Assembly (NCBI RefSeq): GCF_963921235.1
Contig: NC_086108.1
Span: forward strand, 22,754,001 to 22,818,000
Direction of reading: 5' to 3'
Length of the DNA: 64,000 nt
DNA from: Mobula hypostoma
Lineage: Eukaryota
Shown: one piece after another, positions 23,111-33,450 of the stretch
Numbering within the stretch: the first letter of the stretch is position 1
How the letters are laid out: every line of letters begins with the position of its first letter
Notes under the pieces: generated by a model
The model's database searches: none
What the model was told of the DNA's origin: nothing
Seen by the model: only the letters and a program-made list of their open reading frames with translations
Position numbers and translations under genes: made by a program

Positions 23111-25572
23111 TATAGAAACATAGAAACATAGAAAATAGGTGCAGGAGTAGGCCATTTGGCCCTTCGAGCCTGCACCGCCATTTATTATGATCATGGCTGA
23201 TCATCCAACTCAGAACCCCGCCTCAGCCTTCCCTCCATACCCCCTGATCCCCATAGCCACAAGGGCCATATCTAACTCCCTCTTAAATATAGCCAGTGAA
23301 CTGGCCTCAACTGTTTCCTGTGGCAGAGAATTCCACAGATTCACCACTCTCTGTGTGAAGAAGTTTTTCCTAATCTCGGTCCTAAAAGGATTCCCCTCTA
23401 TCCTCAAACTGTGACCCCTCATTCTGGACTTCCCCAACATCGGGAACAATCTTCCTGCATCTAGCCTGTCCAATCCCTTTAGGATCTTATACGTTTCAAT
23501 CAGATCCCCCCTCAATCTTCTAAATTCCAACGAGTACAAGCCCAGTTCATCCAGTCTTTCTTCATATGAAAGTCCTGCCATCCCAGGAATCAATCTGGTG
23601 AACCTTCTTTGTACTCCCTCTATGGCAAAGATGTCTTTCCTCAGATTAGGGGACCAAAACTGCACACAATACTCCAGGTGTGGTCTCACCAAGGCCTTGT
23701 ACAACTGCAGTAGTACCTCCCTGCTCCTGTACTCGAATCCTCTCGCTATAAATGCCAGCATACCATTCGCCTTTTTCACCGCCTGCTGTACCTGCATGCC
23801 CACTTTAAATGACTGGTGTATAATGACACCCAGGTCTCGTTGCACCTCCCCTTTTCCTAAATGGCCACCATTCAGATAATAATCTGTTTTCCTATTTTTG
23901 CCACCAAAGTGGATAACTTCACATTTATCCACATTAAATTGCATCTGCCATGAATTTGCCCACTCACCCAACCTATCCAAGTCACCCTGCATCCTCTTAG
24001 CATCCTCCTCACTGCTAACACTGCCACCCAGCTTCGTGTTATCCGCAAACTTGGAGATGCTGCATTTAATTCCCTCATCCAAGTCATTAATATATATTGT
24101 AAACAACTGGGGTCCCAGCACTGAGCCTTGCGGTACCCCACTAGTCACCGCCTGCCATTCTGAAAAGGTTCCGTTTATTCCCACTCTTTGCTTCCTGTCT
24201 GCTAACCAATTCTCCACCCACACCAATACCTTACCCCCAATACCGTGTGCTTTAAGTTTGCACACTAATCTCCTGTGTGGGACCTTGTCAAAAGCCTTTT
24301 GAAAATCCAAATATACCACATCCACTGGTTCTCCCCTATCCACTCTACTAGTTACATCCTCAAAAAATTCTATGAGATTCGTCAGACATGATTTTCCTTT
24401 CACAAATCCATGCTGACTTTGTCCGATCATTTCACCGCTTTCCAAATGTGCTGTTATCACATCCTTGATAACTGACTCCAGCAGTTTCCCCACCACCGAC
24501 GTTAGGCTAACCGGTCTATAATTCCCCAGTTTCTCTCTCCCTCCTTTTTTAAAAAGTGGGGTTACATTAGCCACCCTCCAATCCTCAGGAACTAGTCCAG
24601 AATCTAACAAGTTTTGAAAAATTATCACTAATGCATCCACTATTTCTTGGGCTACTTCCTTAAGCACTCTATAATGCAGACCATCTGGCCCTGGGGATAT
24701 ATCTGCCTTCAATCCCTTCAATTTACCTAACACCACTTCCCTACTAACATGTATTTCGCTCAGTTCCTCCATCTCACTGGACCCTCTGTCCCCTACTATT
24801 TCTGGAAGATTATTTATGTCCTCCTTAGTGAAGACAGAACCAAAGTAATTATTCAATTGGTCTGCCATGTCCTTGCTCCCCATAATCAATTCACCTGTTT
24901 CTGTCTGCAGGGGACCTACATTTGTCTTTACCAGTCTTTTCCTTTTTACATATCTATAAAAGCTTTTACAGTCTGTTTTTATGTTCCCTGCCAGTTTTCT
25001 CTCATAATCTTTTTTCCCCTTCCTAATTTTTCCTTTTTACATATCTATAAAAGCTTTTACAGTCCGTTTTTATGTTCTCTGCCAGTTTTCTCTCATAATC
25101 TTTTTTCCCCTTCCTAATTAAGCCCTTTGTCCTCCTCTGCTGAACTCTGAATTTCTCCCAGTCCTCAGGTGAGCCACTTTCTCTGGCTAATTTGTATGCT
25201 TCTTCTTTGGAATTGATACTATCCCTAATTTCTCTTGTCAGCCACGGGTGCACTACCTTCCTTGATTTATTCTTTTGCCAAACTGGGATGAACAATTGTT
25301 GTAGTTCATCCATGCAACCTTTAAATGCTTGCCATTGCATATCCACCGTCAATCCTTTAAGTGTCATTTGCCAGTCTATCTTAGCTAATTCACGTCTCAT
25401 ACCTTCAAAGTTACCCCTCTTTAAGTTCAGAACCTTTGTTTCTGAATTAACTATGTCACTCTCCATCTTAATGAAGAATTCCACCATATTATGGTCACTC
25501 TTACCCAAGGGGCCTCTCACGACAAGATTGCTAATTAACCCTTCCTCATTGCTCAAAACCCAGTCCAGAATA
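23111..25572 (-). mobile_element. CR1 family A, 5'-truncated, with a 91-bp internal duplication
   Basis: ORFs 23210-24889 and 25023-25556 match the 5.6-kb copy; RT FADD is mutated to FADN; (CATAGAAA)n tail. Confidence 0.96.
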
Positions 25573-25591
25573 TAGCAAAGACTTCATCAGA

Positions 25592-25855
25592 CCTAGAGGG
25601 ATACAACCGCACTTTGTCTGAATTGACACTCCACCCCTGAGGGATACAACCTGACTTTGTCTGAATTCACACCACACCATCCCTGAGCGATACAACCTCA
25701 CTTTGTCTGAATTGACACCACTCCATCCCTGAGGGATACGATCGCACTTTGTCTGAATTCACACTCCACCCCTGAGAGATACAATTGCACTGTCTGAATT
25801 CACACCACTCCATCCCTGTGGGATAGTGATACAACCTCACTTGGTCTGAATTCAC
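25592..25855. repeat. 43-46-bp minisatellite, about 6 units
   Basis: Consensus CCCTGAGGGATACAACCTCACTTTGTCTGAATTCACACCACTCCAT; units start near 25592, 25635, 25681, 25727, 25770 and 25814. Confidence 0.9.
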
Positions 25856-25935
25856 CCTTTATCATCTCTTTACCATCCTATACTTGGTTTTTCAGTCCCA
25901 GACATGGGTTTCATTTTGTGCACTAGCCTATGCTA

Positions 25936-26450
25936 TGTAACACCTTAGGAAAGGTTTCACTGCTAATGTAATGGTCTTTCTGTGGAAGCAGTTATGGTTT
26001 GAGATAACAGGTGCTTCAGAATGTGAGCTGTGTCCATGGTTTGGCGGGAGATGAAGAGCGAAGACGCTGGAGAGAACCAGTTGTAGGAATAGACCCAGTG
26101 GGGGACCATGATTCGATGCAGCCAGGTGCAAAGATCGACTGAGGATCGGTGAACATGAATTTTGGGAAGAATTGAACTCTAACCTGTGCACATTTGTCTG
26201 TTTAATTATAATGGGCCCTTTTTGTTTTCCCTCTTTCTTTTCTTTACTAATCCTTGGTTAAGATTCATATTGTATGCAATGTGCTGTCTGTTATTTCTTG
26301 GCACTGAGTTGTAACAGGGTAGCAAATTACACAGCATCCACACAAACTGAGGCTTGGGCTGTGAGAGCCGTCTGAGTCTCATGGGTTTGACGGGACTGGA
26401 GTGTGTATTCCCTAGACTTACGCAGCCAAGGAAACCAGCAGGGTTTCACA
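25936..26450 (+). mobile_element. Probable solo LTR
   Basis: TGTAACACC...GGGTTTCACA termini (TG...CA, imperfect inverted ends); homologous inverted copy at 46400-46862; no clear TSD. Confidence 0.65.
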
Positions 26451-27378
26451 GATGAGACCTTAACAAACTTGTTTTGTGATCTAATATTTACAGTCACAGG
26501 ATCATCTCTACTTTGATACTTCCCCAAAGAGCCCAGTTGTTAGTCAACAAAGATTAGAAGAGGGATAGCTGATTCCCTGTGTTGGGAAACTATTATTTTG
26601 CAAGACATCTCCCTGGATACTATTCCAAGTGACAACATATCCATGCCTTCTGTTTAAAAGTAACTGGTTAGACGGAAGTGCATTCAGAAAATGTGTTCAG
26701 CTTCCATAAGATAATATCACAGTCATATCTGGATCCCATCGTAGAACTCAGACTAACTGACACATTTTTGGTACCCAGGGGCTGAATATTATGTAATATT
26801 AATATTAATATTATATTAATATTATTATCCAGTAGTAGGAAAAGCCATTATTAAATTTTGTTGCCCTCAATTAATTTTTAGCCTTGTTTTTTGGGGAGAT
26901 TCCAATTAATTTGGATGTAAATGGAGCAAGAGAGGTGGCTTTACTGTCTAGGCTATATTCAGCTTACTCAGCTGGCTTCTGGAGATAAAGTGAAGTGTGG
27001 GTCCCATGGGAGGTGGAATAAGTTGTTTATGAAATTAACACATACCTCATGCACGACTTGAGACTTGAATGAATAATTCTCACTGAGCCACATCCTTCAG
27101 GAGAGGCATTCCAGATAAAAACCCGTGTTAAAGACATCCAAGCTCATAGAGGTAGTCATAGTTTTGGAGTGGGGTGGGGCAGTGATGCAGGAGATGGAAG
27201 AGGTCTGGTGGATCTGTGGTGGGATGGGGAGAGGGTTGCACTTAAAGTATCTGGCATTCAGGAGAGGCAGTCATGGTCACTAATTGAAAGCTGTTATGAT
27301 AACAAAACCTGCCAAAGGACATTGAATAATATTTGAGAATTCTGGTATTACATGACAAACCCAACACTTAAGAAATCA

Positions 27379-27580
27379 ACACACACAAAATGCTGGAGGA
27401 GCTCAGCAGGCCAGGTAGCATCTATGGAAAAGAGTACAATCGACATTTCAGGCCAAAACCCAGTTCTTGGCTCAAAATGACGACTGTACTCTTTTCCATA
27501 GATGCTGCCTGGCCTGCTGAGTTCCTCCAGCATTTTTTATGTTGCTTGGATTTCCAACATCTGCAGATTTTTTCTTGTAT
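27379..27580. mobile_element. Fold-back element made of two inverted Penelope family A termini
   Basis: Arms of ~75 bp (27380-27460 and 27465-27541) are reverse complements with few mismatches. Confidence 0.85.
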
Positions 27581-28129
27581 TTGATAAATCAGCCATCTAG
27601 TATATGGAAACCCTTGAACAAAACCTAAACAAACTGTTTCTTTAAGTGACAGTAGTCATTTTCGTTGAATGACTAAACCAGAATATAGATCAATTTTAAT
27701 TATCAGCAAATGCCGTAACAGAACTTCACTGCACTATGAGTTAAACATGGTTAATTGTAGAACATTGAGGAGTATGATGCAGATCCTTCAGCTCCCCATG
27801 TCTGCACCAATTGGGATGCCAACCAATCTAGTCCCATTGCTCTACACGTTGTAAACCCATATTCTCTGCCTGCTCATTTGTCTGCTAAATGCCCATAAGA
27901 TCACCGGATGGAGTTCTAGTTCTGAATAGTTCTCTATTGTAATCTGAGGACTGCTAGTACTGATCTGCTCCAGGTAACTTAAACACAAAATATTGCTTTT
28001 AAGTAAACCAGAAATAAAAGGTTTGAAAATTAGTTTAGCTAGAGAGAATCAAATTCCTGCTAACTTATTACGACACACTTATCTCCCAGCAGGTTGGGTC
28101 CATCTTTGTCCTTCCTTATTTCCATGCAT

Positions 28130-28370
28130 TCCTGCAACTCATTCTCCCTTACATGCCCATCTGTTTTCTTTCGATTCTTATTGCCGCTTACAAACACTAA
28201 TGGGGTGATTTACAGCTGTCAGTTAATCTATCAGCACGTCCTTGGAGCGCTAGTGGAAGCTTATGCAGTCACTGAAGGAAGATAGATGCTCCAAACAACA
28301 GCACCCGAGGTCAGAATCGAACCAAGGTCACTGGGGTTGTGAGGTGGCAGCACTAGCTACTGTGCTACCT
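28130..28370 (-). mobile_element. V-SINE, degraded
   Basis: CCGAGGTCAGAATCGAACC B-box (reverse) and V-domain remnants. Confidence 0.6.
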
Positions 28371-28994
28371 TAAACTGCAAGTGTATATTAAGCGTATTAG
28401 CAAGAACATAATAAATTGTTGAGCAAGCATTATGAAGGCTCTGTACAAGGGACATTAAAAATGCAGCCAAAAACTTTAACATGCGTTAAGAAAATGAGGA
28501 ATGGATGCATAATGATGTCATAATGAGAAAATGCAAAAAAGATTCTAGAATACAGTGTGTGAAGAACAAAATTGATCTTGTTTCATTTGGGATATGATAG
28601 GTTAGAACACATTTGGAAAATGTAATTATAGTTGATATTGGCAGGTCCTTTAACTGGCTGTTAGTGCAAATCTGGAAGCTTTGGGTTCAACACAGTTTAA
28701 GCAGGATTAGAGGCTGAAAGATTTTCTTCCCCATCACCCTACCCCCAGCGCTATGTCAGTTTAGGGGATGGATTGAAGATACCATAGGGTTTATTAAGCC
28801 TGATTTTAGATCATGCCCATTAGAACTTGCACTGATTCCCATTCACCTATCCATTCCACTGTGTGGTTCCTGAAGAAGGAACTTCTCATTTCTGCAGTTT
28901 CATAGGATCATGCAGCCACACAACATAGAAACAGCCCCATTATCCTTTGAGTACCTGCTGACTGTCAAGTCCCCATTTACACTAACCACACCTT

Positions 28995-29130
28995 CTGCTG
29001 CTAATGCCCTAAGCTCTGGTATTCTCTCTAAAACATCTCCAAGTGTTGACAGCTCTCTCCTCCTTTAAAACATTCCTTAAAACCTACTTCACTGACCAAG
29101 GATTTGATCCTCTGCTCAGCTACCTCCTGA
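28995..29130 (+). mobile_element. L2-like LINE 3' remnant
   Basis: AAGCTCTGG...TCCTCCTTTAAAACATTCCTTAAAACCTAC (SFKT.LKTY motif). Confidence 0.55.
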
Positions 29131-29295
29131 CTATGCTAAAGGAACTTTATAATACATTATTGAAGCAAGCCCTTCAGCCCTGTGGGTCAGCAGTGACCCA
29201 CCAAGTACTCACTTACACTGGAAATCATTCAGAAAATATGTAGCTCGGGTGCTTGATCATTGGGTTGACTTGTTCTCCGATCTTGGCAACTTACT

Positions 29296-29338
29296 TGCAA
29301 ACATTTCATCACCATTCAAGGAGATATCATCAGTGTGC
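29296..29338 (-). ncRNA. Minimal type I hammerhead motif (family B), CpG-decayed
   Basis: Reverse complement GCACA-CTGATGA-TATCTCCTTGAATGGTGAT-GAAA-TGTT-TGCA. Confidence 0.55.
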
Positions 29339-29557
29339 TGCTGATTGGGGTGTGTCCTCCATGTAGTGTCAGTTATAGGCCACCAATTAAACACTCAATG
29401 GCATGGTCAGGCAGAACAGGAAATGAACAGTTGCCACACAACCAATCAGATGAGATTTCCTCCCCACTTCACAATTGAGTTTCTGAAATGGTGACCAATC
29501 AGCCGATTGATAAGTATAGAAAGGCCAAGCATTTGGAGGACACGCCACAATCAGCAG

Positions 29558-29599
29558 TGCACTGATGATGTCTGCTCATATTGTGATGAAGCATTTGCA
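29558..29599 (+). ncRNA. Minimal type I hammerhead motif (family B), decayed
   Basis: TGCA-CTGATGA-TGTCTGCTCATATTGTGAT-GAAG-CATT-TGCA; helix I TGCA/TGCA. Confidence 0.55.
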
Positions 29600-30000
29600 A
29601 ATAAATTACCAAGATTGGAGAACAAGTCTACTGAACCATTAACCACCCGATCTGCACATTTTCTGAATTATTTCCTACAGCTTTGGGCCTTAAATACTTA
29701 AATGTGCTCACCATCAGAAGAACTTTGCCTGCAGGCAAGCCTCCTCACGGGAGCAACTCTTCTTCCTCCATGAATGCTTAAGGCAAAATATGCTGTCACA
29801 AAGCGACAGTTGCAGGCCACCAATCAACCACCCAATGCCATGGTCTATCGCCTGGCAGAACAGGAGATGTTTGGGTGCCACACAGCCAATCAGTGATGTG
29901 ATTTCCTCCCCACATCACAACTGTTTCCAAAATGGGGACCAATCAGTTCACTGATAAGTATATAAAGGTAAAGCATTTGGAGGACACACCACAATCAACA

Positions 30001-30043
30001 GCACACTGATGACATTCCCTCATATGGTGATGAAATATTTGCA
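30001..30043 (+). ncRNA. Minimal type I hammerhead motif (family B), decayed
   Basis: GCACA-CTGATGA-CATTCCCTCATATGGTGAT-GAAA-TATT-TGCA. Confidence 0.5.
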
Positions 30044-32462
30044 AGTAAATTGTCAAGATCAGAGAACAACTTTATGCAGGAAACATAAAGTTGTGGTGGT
30101 AGGGGATTTTAATTTTCCATATATTGATTGGGACTCCCATACTGTTAGGGGTCTAGATGGTTTAGAGTTTGTAAAATGCGTTCAGGAAAGTTTTCTAAAT
30201 CAATATATGGAGGGACCAACTAGAGGGGATGCAATACTGGATCTCCTGTTAGGAAACGAGTTAGGACAAGTGACAGAAGTCTGTGTAGGGGAGCACTTTG
30301 GTTCCAGTGATCATAACACCATTAGTTTCAACTTGATCATGGACAAGGATAGATCTGGCCCTAGGGTTGAGGTTCTGAACTGGAAGAAGGCCAAATTTGA
30401 AGAAATGAGAAAGGATCTAAAAAGCGTGGATTGGGACAGGTTGTTCTCTGGCAAAGATATGATTGGTAAGTGGGAAGCCTTCAAAGGAGAAATTTTGAGA
30501 GTGCAGAGTTTGTATGCTCCTGTCAGGATTAAAGGCAAAGTGAATAGGAATAAGGAACCTTGGTTCGCAAGGGATATTGCAACTCTGATAAAGAAGAAGA
30601 GGAAGTTGTATGAAATGTATAGGAAACAAGGAGTAAATCAGGTGCTTGAGGAGTATAAGAAGTGCAAGAAAATACTTAAGAAAGAAATCAGGAGGGCTAA
30701 AAGAAGACATGAGGTTGCCTTGGCAGTCAAAGTGAAGGATAATCCAAAGAGCTTTTACAGGTATATTAAGAGCAAAAGGATTGTAAGGGATAAAATTGGT
30801 CCTCTTGAAGATCAGAGTGGTCAGCTATGTGCAGAACCAAAGGAAATGGGGGAGATCTTAAATAGGTTTTTTGCGTCTGTATTTACTAAGGAAACTGGCA
30901 TGAAGTCTATGGAATTAAGGGAATCAAGTAGTGAGATCATGGAAACTGTACAGATTGAAATGGAGGAGGTGCTTGCTATCTTGAGGAAAATTAAAGTGGT
31001 TAAATCCCCGGGACTTGACAGGGTGTTCCCTTGGACCTTGAAGGAGACTAGTGTTGAAATTGCGGGTGCCCTGGCAGAAATATTTAAAATGTTGCTGTCT
31101 ACAGGTGAGGTGCCGGAGGATTGGAGAGTGGCTCATGTTGTTCCGTTGTTTAAAAAAGGATCGAAAAGTAATCCGGGAAATTATAGGCCAGTAAGTTTAA
31201 CATCGGTAGTAGGTAAGTTATTGGAGGGAGTACTAAGAGACAGAATCTACAAGCATTTGGATAGACAGGGACTTATTAGGGAGAGTCAACATGGCTTTGT
31301 GCGTGGTAGGTCATGTTTGACCAATCTACTGGCATTTTTCGAGGAGGTTACCAGGAAAGTGGATGAAGGGAAGGCAGTGGATATTGTCTACATGGACTTC
31401 AGTAAGGCCTTTGACAAGGTCCCGCATGGGAGGTTAGTTAGGAAAATTCAGTCGCTAGGTATATATGGAGAGGTGGTAAATTGGATTAGACATTGGCTCA
31501 ATGGAAGAAGCCAAAGAGTGGTAGTAGAGAATTGCTTCTCTGAGTGGAGGCCTGTGACTAGTGGTGTGCCACAGGGATCAGTGCTGGGTCTATTGTTATT
31601 TGTCATCTATATCAATGATCTGGATGATAATGTGGTAAATTGGATCAGCAAATTTGCAGATGATACAAAGATTGGAGGTGTAGTAGACAGTGGGGAAGGT
31701 TTTCAGAGCCTGCAGAGGAACTTGGACCAGCTGGAAAAATGGGCTGAAAAATGGCAGATGGAGTTTAATACAGACAAGTGTGAGGTATTGCACGTTGGAA
31801 GGACAAACCAAGGTAGAACATACAGGGTTAATGGTAAGGCACTGAGGAGTGCAGTAGACCAGAGGGATCTGGGAATACAGATACAAAATTCCCTAAAAGT
31901 GGCGTCACAGCTAGATAGGGTCGTAAAGAGAGCTTTTGATACATTGGCCTTTATTAATCAAAGTATTGAGTATAAGAGCTGGAATGTAATGATGAGGTTG
32001 TATAAGGCATTGGTGAGGCCGAATCTGGAGTATTGTGTTCAGTTTTGGTCACCAAATTACAGGAAGGATATAAATAATTTTGAAAGGGTGCAGAGAAGGT
32101 TTACAAGGATGTTGCCAGGACTTGAGAAACTCAGTTACAGAGAAAGGTTGAATAGGTTGGGACTTTATTCCCTGGAGCGTAGAAGAATGAGGGGAGATTT
32201 GATAGGGGTATATAAAATTATGATGGGTATAGATAGAGTGAATGCAAGCAGGCGTTTTCCACTGAGGCAAGGGGAGAAAAAAACCAGAGGACATGGGTTA
32301 AGGGTGAAGGGGGAAAAGTTTAAAGGGAACATTAGGGGGGGCTTCTTCACACAGAGAGTGGTGGGAATATGGAATGAGCTGCCAGATGAGGTGGTAAATG
32401 CGGGTCCTTTTTTAACATTTAGGAATAAATTGGACAGATACATGGATGGGAGTTGTATATAG
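30009..32462 (+). CDS. CR1 ORF2 (partial APE + RT), open frame of 817 aa
   Basis: GDFN, SDH, NYRPVSL, DFSKAFD, GVPQGSVLG, FADD; first ~22 codons come from the flanking repeat. Confidence 0.85.
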   Translation: MTFPHMVMKYLQVNCQDQRTTLCRKHKVVVVGDFNFPYIDWDSHTVRGLDGLEFVKCVQESFLNQYMEGPTRGDAILDLLLGNELGQVTEVCVGEHFGSSDHNTISFNLIMDKDRSGPRVEVLNWKKAKFEEMRKDLKSVDWDRLFSGKDMIGKWEAFKGEILRVQSLYAPVRIKGKVNRNKEPWFARDIATLIKKKRKLYEMYRKQGVNQVLEEYKKCKKILKKEIRRAKRRHEVALAVKVKDNPKSFYRYIKSKRIVRDKIGPLEDQSGQLCAEPKEMGEILNRFFASVFTKETGMKSMELRESSSEIMETVQIEMEEVLAILRKIKVVKSPGLDRVFPWTLKETSVEIAGALAEIFKMLLSTGEVPEDWRVAHVVPLFKKGSKSNPGNYRPVSLTSVVGKLLEGVLRDRIYKHLDRQGLIRESQHGFVRGRSCLTNLLAFFEEVTRKVDEGKAVDIVYMDFSKAFDKVPHGRLVRKIQSLGIYGEVVNWIRHWLNGRSQRVVVENCFSEWRPVTSGVPQGSVLGLLLFVIYINDLDDNVVNWISKFADDTKIGGVVDSGEGFQSLQRNLDQLEKWAEKWQMEFNTDKCEVLHVGRTNQGRTYRVNGKALRSAVDQRDLGIQIQNSLKVASQLDRVVKRAFDTLAFINQSIEYKSWNVMMRLYKALVRPNLEYCVQFWSPNYRKDINNFERVQRRFTRMLPGLEKLSYRERLNRLGLYSLERRRMRGDLIGVYKIMMGIDRVNASRRFPLRQGEKKTRGHGLRVKGEKFKGNIRGGFFTQRVVGIWNELPDEVVNAGPFLTFRNKLDRYMDGSCI

Positions 32463-32562
32463 TCCATGTGCAGGTCAGTGGGACTAGGCAGAAAATGGTT
32501 CGGCACAGCCAAGAAGGGCCAAAAGGCCTGTTTCTGTGCTGTAGTTCCTATGGTTTCTATGG
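30075..32562 (+). mobile_element. CR1 LINE family B, 5'-truncated, inserted in the third family-B unit
   Basis: CR1 ORF2 from VVVVGDFNFP to the C-terminus; tail CCTATGGTTTCTATGG; host repeat resumes AACAGCTCAACCCAAT. Confidence 0.95.
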
Positions 32563-32599
32563 TTAACAGCTCAACCCAATCACTCACTTACACTCTTAT

Positions 32600-32820
32600 A
32601 TGCTCACCAACTATCTCCCCTCCACCCCCACCCGTTTTCTGCCACTCATCCTACACACCAAGGACAACTTACAGTGACCAGCTAATCTATGAACCCGCTT
32701 GGCCTTGGAATGTGGGTGCACAGGAAAATGGAGCATAGGTAGTTTGCACAAATTCCTGTTGATCAGGACTGAACCTGGGCTGCTAGTGCCGTGAGACAGC
32801 AGTTTGACTAGGTACACCAT
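32600..32820 (-). mobile_element. V-SINE, degraded
   Basis: CTTGGAATGTGGG...GGAAAATGGAGCA and GATCAGGACTGAACCTGGG. Confidence 0.55.
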
Positions 32821-33326
32821 TGTTTATAATGCTGTTGCCATACACCAATGCAGAATGCATCATGAGTGTGTCGGTTACATCTGTTTGATTTCCTCAGAGT
32901 TCTGGATTCAGAATAAGTTTGTATTTTTGCTCAAGAACTACATATTATAACATCCAGCTCATTCACAAAGGGCTCCTGAACTCTTAGTCCAGAGCAGATG
33001 ATGACAATGGACCTCTAACCTTGTCCAGATGAATTTTAGTTACATTTGGACTCAATGTCTGTTTACTCTGCAGTAGATTGCTGAGCTGTGCATAATTGAT
33101 TTAAACAAATTGAGAGCTTCAAAAATCTGTCCACCAGCTGTGTAATTCATTGCTGTTCTGGAGCACAGCCTACAGTGGAGACTCAAAATCAAGTTCATCA
33201 TTCTTCAATCAAATAAACTTTAACCTTTCTATTTCAAGAGCATCCTTCCTGTAGCATGTGGAACTGTGACATTCTGACAGGCAGCTGATTTTTTTCCTTT
33301 TTGTATGCTTCACAACTGTATTTCAG

Positions 33327-33450
33327 AGGCTCAAAGTCATGACGTATATGGTTATGTTGGAAAAGATGTACACATGCAGTGAATTCAAGCTGTTTCAATC
33401 ATGAGAGCTGTGCACTATGTATACCTCCACTTCTGTATCAGGATTGGTGT
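33327..33450 (+). pseudogene. Possible Ig V-set (B7-like) exon remnant
   Basis: Pyrimidine tract and TTTCAG acceptor; phase-1 reading AQSHDVYGYVGKDVHMQ*IQAVSIMRAVHYVYLH with TGA where the B-strand Cys would be. Confidence 0.3.

Larger units (their letters stand above)
29220..30070. mobile_element. Penelope/retrozyme-like repeat locus (family B): one inverted and two direct hammerhead-bearing units
   Basis: 29220-29360 is the inverse of ~29535-29675; ~29370-29650 recurs at ~29807-30070 and resumes at ~32563-32590; each unit has CTGATGA...GAA(A/G)...TGCA. Confidence 0.75.

Noticed and set aside
26774..26828. AT-only quasi-palindromic tract
   Set aside because: Low-complexity (AATATT)n-like slippage with no further structure.
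33380..33382. In-frame TGA at a putative Cys position read as selenocysteine
   Set aside because: No SECIS was identified and the frame closes again soon after; a nonsense mutation or chance is more likely.
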